This document shows, piece after piece, positions 14,630 to 29,884 of a DNA stretch of 64,000 nucleotides (positions within the stretch are counted from its first letter, which is position 1; each line of letters begins with the position of its first letter). Under the pieces are notes generated by a model. It was given only the letters and a program-made list of their open reading frames with translations. It did no database searches and had not been told where the DNA came from. The DNA is from the human T2T-CHM13v2.0 reference genome, Homo sapiens, in assembly GCF_009914755.1 (NCBI RefSeq), contig NC_060935.1; one strand, written 5' to 3'. The translations under genes were made by a program, and so were the position numbers.

Positions 14630-15509
14630 TAAACTAGCCGCTCTGTTCTCAGTGCTCCTATGACATTTACGGCAAGGATGGTACATGTACTGTTAGTATT
14701 CCTTCCTAGATTGGTGGCAGAAGTCACTCATTGATCACAGCACTCTTTCCCACAATCCTGGATACAGCTTTAGAATGCTTTTCAAAGCAGCACTCCAGGG
14801 AGCTGCTACTCATTGACTAGAGATGGCACCTATTTGCCATCCTGGACGCAGAATGTAGTCCCGTTCGAGTCCCTATCACCCTATATTATAACTATTTACT
14901 TGGTTGGCTTCTAGATTAGGCTGTTGTCTCCCAGAAAGGTGGGACTTTTTATCACTTGTGCTTGGCACAAAACATTGAATAAATGTGAATGAAAGGAAAG
15001 AACAGGGATAACTTAAATAATAATAGCTAATATTTACCAACTGCTTACTATTTAGCAGGTACTAAGTTTGGCACTTTACTTTCTCCACAACCACCCTGTG
15101 ATGTGGGAATTATTATCGCCCATTTATAGAGGGAGAAACTGAGGCTCAAAGTGGTTAAGTAACTGGCCCAAGGTTCCAGAGCTCTTAAGTGGGAAAGCAG
15201 GGCTGGAACTGGGATCTGAGTAACGGTGGCACCTGCATGCTTAAGCCCCGTGTGGCCCAGTGTCTGTTCGGAATTCCCTGTCTGCCTCTTAAGGAAGCCA
15301 ACAAGTTAATAAGTGACAAGAGAGCTGTGACAGAGATGACCAGCCAAACAGGCTCCTTTTGCAGTGACTCAAGGGCCCACAAGGTAACACTGTTCTGCCT
15401 CTGGGCCTCAATTTCCTCATCTGTAAATTGGGCTCTGTTAGAGATGACCCTCTGGCCCTAAAGGCCTGTCATGAAGTTCAGAGGGGAAATCAGGCACCAA
15501 GAAGTGTCA

Positions 15510-15809
<300 letters not shown>

Positions 15810-15944
15810 GTATCATCACCCATGGACAGTCACACCCCTGGTGGGCAAGGTTTCCTCGGAAGTGGCAGTGAGGAAGGGGAGGGCAATAGGGGCCTGCTGG
15901 GGTGCACTGGCCACGAATGACCCCAGGGCATGCCTGCCACCCAC

Positions 15945-16039
15945 CTGCAGCCAAGGCCTCGGGAGCCTACCAGGCTGATGAAGACCTTCTTCTCCTTGTT
16001 TTCCCGATTTCCAGGGGAGCCCAGGCTGCCTCGCACGCC
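15945..16039 (-). CDS. USH1C: Harmonin exon 8 (start of PDZ2), [31 protein letters not shown]
   Basis: 95 nt, TTTCAG| and |GTGGGT; GLGC carboxylate-binding loop. Confidence 0.96.
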
Positions 16040-16350
16040 CTGAAAGAGAGATAGAAGCAGAATCACGGAGTGTCCACATGCGTGCAAGCGGCCTCTTGAG
16101 CTTGTGGGATCTGCAGGGCGAGCACTGCTGAACTCACGCCAGCCAGATCATCATTCCGTCCCTGGGGATGTGTCTGCACCAGCTGGGCCTGGCCGAGGGC
16201 TGCTGCCCCACAGCGGTGTGCTGGCTGCCCTGGGAGCCTGTGTGAAGCCCCTGAGGGTGCATCTCTAGAGCAAGCCCTCCCTTCAGGACCGGCCACCCCT
16301 CCTTGAAGATGACCCCACCCAAACCCCATCACAGGAGGTCTGGCCCTTAC

Positions 16351-16408
16351 CCCAGATTCCGACACAAACTGATCCACATACTGCCAAGTGAGGGGCTCAT
16401 CAGGAGAG
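16351..16408 (-). CDS. USH1C: Harmonin exon 7, SPDEPLTWQYVDQFVSESG
   Basis: 58 nt, ATCAG| and |GTAAGG. Confidence 0.96.
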
Positions 16409-16613
16409 CTGATGGGAAGGGAAAATAGATGGGAGGGTGGTTAGCGAGAGACGTTTGAGGAACCAGGCCCCACATCCAGATCCACCATGTCTAGAGCCTC
16501 CAGCCTCCACTGGCCCAGAAGCAGGGCTGGCATGGTGGGAGCCGGACCCCAGGGCTGTACCAGGATCCTGGGCCCACAGGGAAGAGTTGGCCTGCAGAGG
16601 AGGGGCCTCTCAC

Positions 16614-16638
16614 CTTTTCACGGGGATCAGGCCGATGT
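16614..16638 (-). CDS. USH1C: Harmonin exon 6 (25-nt microexon), (H)IGLIPVK
   Basis: GCAG| and |GTGAGA; required to keep frame between exons 5 and 7. Confidence 0.95.
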
Positions 16639-16666
16639 CTGCGGGAGAAAGGCACAGGGGTTAGGA

Positions 16667-16942
16667 CAGCTCCCCCGCCCTCCCTCCCTCCCACCGTCAT
16701 GGAGTACTGACCTGCTCCCCCGCCCTCCCTCCCTCCCACCGTCATGGAGTACTGCCCTGCTCCCCCGCCCTCCCTCCCTCCCACCGTCATGGAGTACTGC
16801 CCTGCTCCCCCGCCCTCCCTCCCTCCCACCGTCATGGAGTACTGCCCTGCTCCCCCGCCCTCCCTCCCTCCCACCGTCATGGAGTACTGCCCTGCTCCCC
16901 CGCCCTCCCTCCCTCCCACCGTCATGGAGTACTGCCCTGCTC
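16667..16942. repeat. USH1C intron-5 45-bp VNTR, 6 copies plus a partial
   Basis: Units CTGCTCCCCCGCCCTCCCTCCCTCCCACCGTCATGGAGTACTGCC start at 16667, 16712, 16757, 16802, 16847, 16892; leftmost unit has ACTGAC variant. Confidence 0.98.
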
Positions 16943-16950
16943 TGGCCTCA

Positions 16951-17202
<252 letters not shown>

Positions 17203-20200
17203 TCAACCAACCCACCCTCCATCAGCCCGGGGGATCCCAGGTTCAGGTGGCATGTCCAAGCAGTCTTGTCGCCCCATTTTACAGATGGAGAAACCAAGAC
17301 AGGGGTGAGGGGCACAGCGGGTGTGCAGCAGAGCTGGGAGAAGATCTCAGAACTCTCTGCACCCTCACTCTAGTGCCCCTTTCACTCCACTGGGGCACCA
17401 TCAGATTCTGGATTCTATGCAAAGGGTGACATTTCACTCAGCTTTAAGCTATTCTTACCGGGACTTTGTCCCAACCCACCCCTAGGAAGTTGGCTCCCTA
17501 TCTCTGTTAATTGCTACAACACTGTAACTGAGTCGGGGTGGGGACCTTCTGTGACTCCTGACCCAAGCTCACATCACCAACACACACACACATATGATTT
17601 TTTTTTCCCATCATATGGAAACTTGATGAACATTTTAACTCTGCTGTGGCCCTGACCTCTGAATTCCTATTTTGGGAGCAAGCAAAGAACAGTGAACGAG
17701 CACAGGGCTTTGGCATCAGATGTGCTGGGTTCAAATCCCTTCTTTTATTATTATTAGCTATATGACCTTGAGCAAGTCTCTTGAACTGTCTGAACCTGTT
17801 TTCCTCGTCTGTAAAATGGGGAATACCAAGGTTGCTGTGAGAATTAAGTGAACTTGTGCATGTAAAGACAGCTAGTGCCTGCCACACAGTAAGCACTCAA
17901 TACATGATTGCTATTGTTATCATGAGTTAGTCCTGATCCCTGAATACTCAGCTCAGATCTCTCTTCTCAGGGCTTAGGCCACAGTGGATTGTTGAGATGG
18001 GCCCTGGGCAGCCAGCCCTGGATACAGAGCCGTGGTGAGATTGCCCCCTGCTGGATACTGCCGGCTCCTCCAGGCACCCCGGCCCTGGGGATCAATTCTG
18101 GAGCTCCTCATTTAATAACCACAGGGCAGGAGGAACTCTCAGATAACAGCTGAAGCTGAAGCCCAAGGAAGTGAGGTTTTGTCCAAGGTCACACAGCCAG
18201 TAGCTGCAAAACAGAGACTGGCTCCTGGAGAGGTTCCGGTCTGAGGCCAGTGCAGGTCAGCTGGGGGCTTAACTCGAAACACACGTGCTCACCCTTTGGA
18301 GACGTGCTGGCACACGTGAGGGATGCAAGCTGGACTCCCTGTGGGTCTAGGTAGGTAGGGGCTGGGTGGACATGCAGCCTCCGAGGGGTCCTCTAGGGCA
18401 ACTCCTGCCCTCTACAGCATTCCCACAGAGTCACCTTCTCACTATTCCAAGGAACGCTTCCCTCCCACTCCGGGACACAGACCCCAGTCTTCTCAGGGAC
18501 CTGACAGGAGTGGCCAAGGGCTCAAAATGGCACTGGGGTGGGGGCCCACTAAAGAACTCTCTAGGTTTCTGGGAACATGTAATTCAAGGACAGCGGCCAG
18601 ACTAACTCCTTCCACCTATTTTTCACAACAACCCTGCAGAGCAGGAATTTGTATCTCTGTTAATCGGATGAGAAAACTGAGGCTCAGAGAGGTAAAGTGA
18701 CTTGCTCAAGGTTACCCCAATAGTAAACAGTGTCGTGGGATTTGAAGTCAGGTCTCCCTGATCGACAAGTGGTGTCTCTTGGGTGTCTGGAAGTAGAAAA
18801 GAAGGGCATCCGGCCAAGCCTAGCTGCAATTCCCTGCATCCTGCCCTCTCTGGATCCTTGCCACCTGTCAGAGCCCTCAAGTCCCACACAAAGGCAGCTG
18901 TCCATGTTATGACAGGGAAAACCAAAGCACACAGAATAATTTTCTAGGTCTGGAATATACAGCAAGTTGTATGTCACAGGCTGCCCTGTGCAAGGCAGAG
19001 GATGTAGGTTAAGTTAGGATATTCTTGGGGAAAAAAAAACAAAAACCAAGTATCTCCAGCAGGGGACAAGGGCAGAGGGGTGGACCCCCAGGACTAGGTC
19101 CTGTGGGAGGGTCCAAGCCCACCACTGGGGACCCAGCCTCACAGGTCAAATCAGCACAGGTCTTTAGCCCAGCCGGGCTGTATCTGAACCTGCTCATCCC
19201 CTGCCTTCCAGCATCTTCTTCCAGTTGCCCTCAGGCATGAGATCTCCCCAGAAGCATGAACCCCAGACAGGTCAATGGATGCAGCCATTTTTCCCGAAGC
19301 TCCTCTGAGTAAAGTTCCCTGTCTTATTCCTAAAGGGAATTTGCCCAGAACCCCAGTCGGAATGATTCCCACACAGCCCCTGGCTCAGGTTGCAGGATCA
19401 ACTTTCCTCCCCGTCTCGCCCTGTGTGGAGCCCTGCAAAGGGCCCTTTGTGCAAGGGCCACGATGATATAACGATCTGAGGGACAGCGGCACAAAGGAGA
19501 GATGAACCCGTCAGCTAGAGAAAGGGCCGATAATTCATAAGCCTGAGAAACAGCCAGGAAGGTAAAACTGTAGGTCTCATTAAAATACCCCAACGCCCCC
19601 AGTCATCGAGGCAGCATTGAGAACTGCTTGTCCTAAGAGAGCTCGCCCTGGAAAAAAGGCGGCCTCAGCTGACGCCAAGAGAGGCGCTCATTATGTGTTT
19701 TCTCTGGCTGCATTTCTGAGCTGGAAAATGTGCTGCAGAGGAAAGAAATAATGAAGGGGCTGAAATTTCAGACACCACCAGGGAGCCGTGAGACAGGGAT
19801 TTAGAACAAAGCGGTGTCTGTCAGCTCCCTGTTTCCACCCCTTACGCCACAGTGTCTTGTACCATTAGCCTTCGAGCCCCTTGAAAGCCCCAAGCTTGGC
19901 AGCCTGGATTGGGATGTTGATAACAAACCCGCTGGAAGCTCTTGGTGATGGTGGGAGGGCCTCCTTTATCTCAACACACAAAAACACAGCCCTGGGCTCA
20001 GGTAGGAGTGAGACCTGGAGGTCTGCCCATCTCTGCTCAGGCCCTGAGGTGTGGGGACCCCAAAGGAGAGGCACCTGCGTTGCTGAAGAGAGATTTCTGG
20101 GCTTGGCAGTCAGGAGACCCAGTTAGTTTCTAATCCTGGCTCTGCCACTTACTGGCCTCTGAGCCTCTATTAATTCTGTAAAATGGGCACGATCCGTTCA

Positions 20201-20734
20201 ATGCATATAGCAAGGACTGCTTGTGAGCATGTGACCTGGCACATTCCAGGCGTTTCTTAAATCTCCCTCTCTCTGTTCACTTACCAGGCTCACAGCATTT
20301 GTATGCCAGGCCCTGCTATAAGCACTTTCTACTATTAATTCATTTACTAACAAAACCTGACGAGGTAGACAGTACTATCGGCAACTCATTTTATAGATGA
20401 GGAAATTGAAGCACAGGGTTAAGTCATTCCACCAAGTCACACAGCCTAATGAACAGCAAAGCCAGAATTGAACCCGGCTAACCCTGCTTCAGAGTCTATG
20501 CTCTTCGGCATCACACTGCACCAGGCTTTCTTTCCCCCTGCTGGTAAAAGGCAACAGGTCCAAAACTTCATATGCCAGCATCACTGTCTTCCTCTCTTGG
20601 GGAGTAGGGGAGGTGGGGGGAAGTGCAGCGGCAGCAGCTGGAAGGAGGCAGCAGTTGGAAGCAGGCAGCAGCCAGGTTACCAGCTTCACTCAAGAAAACA
20701 GGCAATTGCCTGCGGCCTGATTTCTATGAGCCTA

Positions 20735-21304
<570 letters not shown>

Positions 21305-22024
21305 TCACCCCTGGCCATGACCTCAGGCACCCAGGGATTCCAAGAGGAAGCCATTTCAGCCACTGGGCCCAGGCTTAGGAATGGAGTAGACCACTCCTGA
21401 AAAGCCCAGAGCTCTTCACACCGGGCCAGTGCCTGAGAAGACTTTGTTCTCTTATATAAATATCCCCAGGAAACCAGTCTACTAGGGATTGTTGACTCAT
21501 TTTGCAGATGAGATGAAGCCAGGATTTCAAACTCAGCGCTGCCTATCTCGGCTGTTGGGATCTTTCCAGAGGGGAAAGCTCTGTGTGAGATGCTGACAAT
21601 TCCTCACACACTCATCATCTCCACTCGTATCTGCTGCTAAGCTCTGTCAATTTCACCTCACCACAGTTCACATGCCTCCTCCCTCATGCTGTTCAGACCT
21701 TCGACTGCAGCTGCCTGCCCATGTACTCACTGTCACGTCATCTTTTCTCAGTGTAAGGCACTCCCTGGCTTAAAACCCTTTGATGGCCCCTTACTGCCCA
21801 GAGGACAAAGTCCACTCTTCTCAGCAGGCTCAAGGCCCTCCATGACCTGTCCCCATGGAGCTTCTCCAGCCTTGTGGCTATTTATGATCTCCGTGCCCTC
21901 CCAAGTCCTACTCCCCCAGATTACTTATCTCCATTCACACCCTTGCTTTCATGCCTCCACACTTTGGCTGATGCTGATCCCTCATTCTGGAATGCCCTTC
22001 CCAGATATTCCACCTACCAAAATC

Positions 22025-22332
22025 TTTTTCTTTTATTATTATTTTTTTGAGACAGGGTCTTGCTGTCTTGCCCAGGCTGGAGTGCATTGATGCAATCATG
22101 GCTCACTGCAGCCTTGACCTCCTGGGTTCAGGTGATATTCCCACCTCAGTCTCCTAAGTAGCTGGGACTACAGGCACGCGCCACCATACCCGGCTAATTT
22201 TTTGTATTTTTTTGTAGAGATGGGATTTCACCATGTTGCCCAGGCTGGTCTCTAACTCTTAGGCTCAAGCAATCCTCCTGCCTCAGCTTCTCAAAGTTCT
22301 GGGATTACAGGCATGAGCCACCTTGCCTGGCC
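22025..22332 (-). mobile_element. AluJ SINE within L2
   Basis: Alu consensus; CCAAA(A)TCTTT flanks. Confidence 0.92.
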
Positions 22333-22986
22333 CCAAATCTTTCTTATCCTTCAAAGCCTTGCTCAAGCCTTCCTGGTCCTTCCTCTTCCCTCGCAGTTGG
22401 AAAGGAAAACTCCTTTCTTCACATTTCTGCTTTTACCTCTACTTAGCAGTTATTTGATGTAACTTATATTAGAGTTCTTTGTGTTTGCAGTGTATGTTCA
22501 TCTCCCCTCACCAGACCACAAGTTACTCAAGGAAAGAAATTGGATCTAATTCATTTCCAGATTCTGCACAGTGCCCAGCAGTGGCAGGAGCTTATAAAGT
22601 AGAAAAAATGAATCAAAAAGCAAGTGGGTGATCGGAGACATCTGATGCAAGGGCTGTGGCCAGCTGGCATTTCTTGTTCTGTCCCAACAATCATGCTCTA
22701 TAGAATCTATCTGGCTACTAGACAGCCTCCTCCATCAGACTGTGAGCAACCTGAAAACAGAGACCAATCTGTCTGGCTCACAACTATACCCAGCCCCTAG
22801 TACAAAGCCAAGTACAAAGTACTTGTGTAAATAGTTGCTGAAATGAGTGAATGGTATGTCCATTTGATTTCCAGGAGCCGTGAGCATCCACCCTCTGAGC
22901 TCCTCTGTCTCAGAACAACCCATCCCAGGGCTCCCTGAAGACAAAGGAACCCAAGTGGCCCACAAGAGCTGGACCCAGCACACTTA

Positions 22987-23076
<90 letters not shown>

Positions 23077-24325
23077 TCACAGCTCCAGGCTCAGCACCCG
23101 CCCCCATAGCAGACCTCAGGGAGGAGAGGTCATCCCCAAGGGCCTCCCCAGCAGCTTTTCAGGGCTGGAGTTGTGAGGAGAGAAGAGGAGCCACAGGCCA
23201 GGCTGCCCCTCTGACCCCAATGCATCAGACCTATGCAGACCACCCCAACGTGGCCACAGGAGTACCGCTGCCCCTCCAGATGTGGCCAGGCACCCTTTGT
23301 CCCCAGGTGGGGCAATATGTGCACACACGGGGATGAACACACATAGGTACATATGTGAATCCCCATGTGACAGTGACACGCTGCCATGGCAGTGCTGCTG
23401 CTCACCCCCATGGCTGTGTCATCCATGGCCAGAAGAAGCCCACTGTCTTACCTGATGGTGGCTGTAGTGCCGGATAAATGCTTTCAGGAAGGATTTGGGC
23501 CACTCGCTTAGATAGCACATGCCACTCTCCAGAAGCCCCTTACCACCGAATTCTTCTGTAACATCAGTGCCAGGGGACCTTCACTCTGTCTTGTCCTGAC
23601 CTTAGCTGGGTTCTGTCCACTAGTCAGTTTCATGGCCACTCCTTCCCCCTCCCCAGGCCCCTGCACAAGCCCCGCAGGGGGAGCGTCAGGTTACATCATT
23701 TCAACTTTGTTGACGTCAATGGCTGGCACTCTAAGGTCAGGTTCAGGAGTTGTGTCATTAGCACCTCAATCCCAGCGGGAGGCCCTGAATTCCACTCCCT
23801 GAGTTACCTCAGTGTGAATCTCTACACTGTATTTTTGGGTCTCTCTTCAGCCCAAGAACGGGTAACAGAGCAAGGTGGAAGCTTGGGGGGTCACTGGGTC
23901 CCTCTCTCCTCCAGCCTCCCGGCCCAGGGCCTCAGCCCTTCATAGAGAGGCTGCAGCTGGAAGCTGCATGCTCTCCACTGACTCGTCCTCAGAAGAGGGC
24001 CAGAGCAGCGTTACCTCTTTCTGTGGGTATCCCAAGGGTTCTGGAAGACCGGGGCAGTCTGTCCGTCCCACCACAGAGGGGACATGCTGGGCCCAGCCCT
24101 TGGGATTTCTGGCCTGAGCAGGGGGTACAGAATGCAGATTTCTGGCCTAGATCTGACAGTACCTCCTTCCCTATAAAATCAGACTGAGCATTTCATTAAA
24201 GGTGAGAATAACTTGGGAGGCTTGACTCACAGCTTGGGCTTTAGTTGCTACAGAAGTTCAGCCCACCTGCTCCAAAAGGGCACCCTTGCTTTCTCCCTAC
24301 CTCAGTGCAAGGAGTTCCCAGCTAG

Positions 24326-24626
24326 GGCTGGGTGCGGTGGCTCACGCCTATAATCCCAGCACTTTGGGAGGCCGAGGTGGGCAGATCACCTGAGATCAGG
24401 AGTTTGAGACCAGCCTCGCTAACATGGCAAAACCCTGTCTCTATTAAAATACAAAAATTAGCTGGGCGTAGTGGTATGCCCCTGTAATCCCAGCTACTTA
24501 GGAGGCTGAGGCAGGAGAATCACTTGAACTCGGGAGGCGGAGGTTGCAGTGAGCCAAGATTGCACCACTGCACTCCAGGCTGGGTGACAGAGCGAGACTC
24601 CATCTCAAAAAAAAAAAAAAAAAAAA
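24326..24626 (+). mobile_element. AluSx-like SINE
   Basis: Full dimer, ~20-nt poly(A); TSD AAGGAG[T/C]TCCCAG. Confidence 0.93.
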
Positions 24627-27600
24627 GGAGCTCCCAGATGACAGGAGATGGAAGCATCTGCTTGAGTGGGTGGTACTAAATCTTAGGGTGGGAGGCTGGC
24701 CTTTCGCACCCACCACCTCTGAAAGCTCATCTCTCCACATAGCCTGGATTCTCTCACCCCCTCTGCTCAGGCCTGTGGGGCAGGGGTGCCTCCCTGAGAC
24801 AGGCCTGGGCTGCCCACACTGGGCTGTGATGGAGGAGTATGAACTCTCCTAGCAGCAGGGGCGAGAAATATCTTTATAAATTAGATATGTTGCTTGCTTG
24901 CTCAGTAGTTTCTTGTACCCCAAACCAAACCTAAATCCAAACTCCTTACTTTGACTTATCAAAGCCCAATCTCCTCTCCTACCAGTCTTCCTGGCTACAA
25001 AGTCCTCCTTTCAGTTCTTCCCACAGGCCGAACGCTCTCCAGCCTCAGGGCCTTGGCGTATGCTTGTTCCCTCTGCTTGGACTGCTTCCCCCACTTCCCT
25101 GCCTGGCCACCTCCTTTCCAGAGAGGTCTTCCCTGCTCACCTACCCAGACAGAACCGACTCCTGCACCCCGGAGATGTTTCAATTCCTTCACAGATCGAC
25201 TACAATTTGTAATTTAAGGTTTGTTTTCTCTGTGAATTGTTTTCTCTGTCACCTTCGCTGGACAGAAAAATCCCATGAGGGGAAAGATGAGATCTATTTT
25301 GTTCTAAATTTCTCGTGCCCAACACATAATAAGCTCTCAATAAAGAAGTATTGAATGAATTTATCTGCCTGCCTCCTGGTATGCCCACATGGTTCAGGTG
25401 GGAGGGAGGTAACCATGGGAACAGAAGGGGAAGGGAAATGATGTTGTCCCCATAATGCCCCATGCGGTGGCACCAGGAGCTTTTCATGGGCTTTATTCCA
25501 TTTGTTTATCACATTGGGGCAATATTCTCACATAATGCTGCAGCTGAGGAAACTGAGGATCAGAGAGGTTAAGTCAACTCACCCAGTGTCCCACAGCTAA
25601 TAAGCAGAGCTAGGATATGAACCTAAGTCTGACTCCAAAGCCCATGTTCTTTCTGCTACGCCACGATGACCATTGATTGTGACTCAGGCCTGGCAGGGGA
25701 AAATAACTCCCAATGTCCCTTTAGGCCAAAATTTCCAACCCTTTGCTTTCAAGAACTCCTTTCTTATCTCTAAGCCCCATCTCTCTCCTCTGCACTGTTA
25801 AGAAAACACTTTTGGCTTGGTCTATAATGAGTGAGAAAATGGGACATCTTTTGAATGACTCTTTGAACCCAAGTGTTGTACTTTCTAAGGGGAGCATAAA
25901 AATCACGTCTGCTTTGGCTGAAGAGAGGACACCCTGACTAAAGACTTCTAGCCTAGTTATAACCCTGGGTGGTGACACAAGAAAGAAGATGGGACAGAGA
26001 ATCTCTTATTGACTGAGGCCTTAGGACTGAAGTTCCCTCTTATCCCTCTTTGCAGAAATGTATCTTGCTGTAGCATTAGATTTCAGTAGTGAGGAACTGT
26101 CCTCCTTAGACCATGTTTATTGTGCATTAGGTGGAAAACTGAGGTAGAAGAGTAAGGTAACTTGCAATGTTAGGGTCTAGGGTTCTGTTTTTCTCCCTTC
26201 CCTGGGCCAAGCACAGATCACTTGGAGATGGTCTTGGTGGAAAGGAGCCTGTCCCTGAAGGTCCCGGGCTCCTGGCCCTTGTCAGCAGCCCTCCAGCACT
26301 GACCACTGCTCCCAGAGGTCTCATCCTACCTGTCTCCTGAGACAGCTGCAGAGCTCAGCTCTTCGGCCTCATGTCCACCCACTGTCACCGGTTAGGTCAC
26401 TCAAACCCTGTCCTCAGTTCTGCCATTGCTCGCTTCACCACATCCCAAGTGGGACTCAGCTGCAGTGGAACAGATCCTTCCCCTGACACACTGGAATCTC
26501 CTTGTCCTCACTCAGAACATTCCATCTACCGCCATGTCTGACTTGTCTATTTAAACAATTCTCTATAGACCATACCAGCTAACAGGGAAAATAGATCTGG
26601 TTTGTGTAGAATGCTCTTTAAATATGAATCTAAGTGATAGATCATCAAAAACTTGAAAACTGGTTACACAGGAGATCCTGCAAAGGGAGGGATCATTCTC
26701 ACCCAGAAATATCTCAGAAAGACTCAGAAAGAACAGCACTGCTTTGTTCTCTGACCACACCTGAGTGAAAACACACACTCACACCTCACTCTTCAGGCAT
26801 TAAAAGGCACCAGGAAAGAAAGCTGAGAAAGATGGAAGTTTCTCTAAAGCCTGAACGTGCAGTAACAATACCACCATCACTTAAATTACTTTTTCTTTGT
26901 AGTCTTCCCTGTGGTCCAAATCAAATTACTTTTCCAATATTAAAAAATTATATAGTTTCCTCTCTTCTGGAATTCTGCCTAGCACTAGCCCGAGGATCAG
27001 TTTTGGGGAGCCCCTGCTCTAGGGTGCTTTGTACCATTGTCCCAGTACCCTGTACTCAGGTACATACGAAGCACTAGGCACGCAGTAAATCTCCCACACT
27101 CCTTTCTTCCCTTCCTTCCAAACATGTTCTTCATTTCCCTGTGGAACCCAGAACCATGTCATGCACACAAGCGCACGGTGCCCAGTGGCGTCCGTTGATG
27201 AAACGTGAACTCTATTTGCTCTAGTCTAGAGCCTTCTTTCTGACCTGTTGGCCCAGGCCTGGGTCACCACCTTTCCACTGGTCCTCAGCACATATATTCT
27301 GGGTCTGCCTCCCCTTAGTTCACTTCCAATTCATCACAAAAAAGTAGGTCCCAGCGACTCCATCTATCCACAATGGACAGCTTTCCTCCTCTCATCTGAA
27401 TCCTGCCTTCATTTCAGATGAGGCCCAAGTCCCCTCTTCTAGAGTCTGGAGCCTCCTCACCTGCCTCCCAGCCTGAGTCTCTTTCTGTCTGGCTCACTTA
27501 TCCCAGCCAGCCTCTCCCTACTGACTGTCCACTGCCTGAGGAACTTTACGTGTATTATCTTTAATATCCTAACAACCCTCTGAGGTGAACGTTATCATCC

Positions 27601-29444
27601 CCACTTTACAGATGAGGAAACAGAGGCTCAGAGAAGTGACAGAATTGAGACCCCAACCTATGCCTACTGGCTCCAAAACCTCTGCTTTTTTTCAATCTAC
27701 CACATGGTATCCACTTATGAAATATAACTCCTTTGTTGTCCACTTGTCCATTACACATCTATTGAACACCTACTGTGGGAAAGACACCAGTCTTCTTTCT
27801 CCGACTAGATTTAGAAAGCCTTTCCTTTTCTTGGATCCCTCTTGATATTAAGCACAGAAGCCCTAAAGGAGCCCACCATCTACAAATAGCTGTTGGGGAT
27901 CTCTATTATCATCCCTGCTACCCCCTGCCCCTGCTGCCAGCCCTGCCTAGATTAGCATTTGCTGACTGATGTTTCTCTGGCACTGTGCTATTGGTCTGTG
28001 TGGGAGGGAGGAGGGGACAGGGAGCATCTCCACCCTCACAATCTTCAGGCCCCTTGTCTAGGGTATTGGAGGCAAAAGCTGGGTTTGGCCATGTGGTACC
28101 CTCCAGTCTCATCCCTCTGTATTCCCCCATATGGACTGGCCCTTCAGGATAGCTACACAGGGGAACCATGGGACAGTCAACTCAGGAAGATTCAACTTTA
28201 GGTGTGCACCCAGCCAAACAGGGAGAAAGAGAGCCAGAACAAATTAAATAATGCATGTTGTTCTGCTTGATGAAGTCTCTTTGGGCTGTTGCGGGGATTA
28301 AATGAGTGAGTATGTGTAAAGCACGTATGACAATGCCTGGGACATTTCAAGGTCTCCAAAATGTGTGCTAGATCTTTTCCTTTCATGCCTCCAGCCTTCT
28401 CCACCCTGCCCTTTGTCCAGAGGGCTCTGCCTGGGCTCCTCTCCCCTCTGGCTTTCTGCTGTGTTCAGCCATCGGGAGGCACAAGCAGGAGATGAGAGGC
28501 GTGGGGAGACAGGAACTGAGGCTCCTAGTCCCTGGGGGCTGGCTGCTGGGCCACAGTTAGGCAGGTTCCTCCACCCAAGGCTGCAGCTGCTGTCTGGGCC
28601 TCTTTGGCAGCCCTGGTTCTCACCTGTTCTGGTAACCTTCCCTCTACTGGCCCCTTCAGGGATGCTGGCCTCCTGCATCTGGCCCCAGGGTGCAGCTTGT
28701 TGGGTCATTTAATCCTGCCCTTTTCTGTAGAACCTGTTCATAAAGCTTTCTTGGCTTCCCCCTTGGACGAGCCACCTGCTCCCTGCTGCCACCCTGGTTA
28801 GCCATTAGCAATGGTGGTACCAGCAGTATTTCCTCTCTGTGGACTCCTCCTCTATCTTTAAGACTCACTTCAAATGTCGCCTCTTCTTGGCCAAGTCTTT
28901 CCTTAGGCTCCCACACAAAGCTGGCCACATCTTTCTCTGTGCACACAACAGCACTTTGTCCCCAACTCTGCCATGGGACTCACCAAGCTGTGCTGAACTT
29001 TCTCCCTTTACCCTCCTGTCTCCCCACAAGCCTGTGTGTGGCCCAGACACAGGCCTGGCTTGTGAGTGTGGTGGTAGAGCCAAAGAACCCCTTCCCCAAC
29101 TGGGTCTGCTCCTCTCTGTGCCTCAGTTTCCTTATCTGTAAAATGAGGACTAACATCTCTTTTTAAAATGGGATTTAATCACTATGAGAGATTAATCATT
29201 GTTTTTTAGTATTAATTTAATGAGTTAATAATTATGAAGAGTTCAGAACAGTGCCTGGCAGGTAGTAAGTCCTGTGTTTGTTACATAAAACTAAGTGACA
29301 ATAAGTGGACATAAATTCTATATCCACAGCAGTGGGCAGCGAGTGGCCCTCTGTAGATGTTAGTGGGATGAATAGATCCAGCCACACTTCTTCCCAGGCC
29401 TTTAGAGTGTGCATCCCAGTGGTACCAGGCTTTATTTGACTCTC

Positions 29445-29502
29445 ATTTTCTTATCATCCATCTTTTCTTTTTCTTTTGCTTTCTTTCTTTCTTGTCTAGG
29501 GT

Positions 29503-29533
<31 letters not shown>

Positions 29534-29863
29534 TTCTTTTCTTTCTGTTTCTGTTTCTTTCTTTTTCTTTTTTTTTTTTTTTTGAGACCAGGTCTTACTC
29601 TGTCACCCAAGCTGGAGTGCAGTGGTGTGACCACAGCTCACTGCAGCCTCAACCTCCAGGCTCAATTGATTCTCCTGCCTCAACCTCTCAAGTAGCTGGG
29701 ACTACAGGTGCACAACACCACACCTGGCTAATTTTTGTATTTTTTGTAGAGATGGGGTCTCGCTATGTTGCCCAGGCTGGTCTCAAACTCATGGACTCAA
29801 GTGATTCTCCCACCTCAGCCTCCCAAAATGCTGGGATTTCAGGCGTGAGCCGCCACACCTGAC
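29445..29863 (-). mobile_element. AluJ with expanded CT-rich tail (29445-29583)
   Basis: Alu body ~29583-29863 plus TTTC/TCTCTG low-complexity tract. Confidence 0.9.
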
Positions 29864-29884
29864 TTCTTTTCTTTTTCTGGAACC

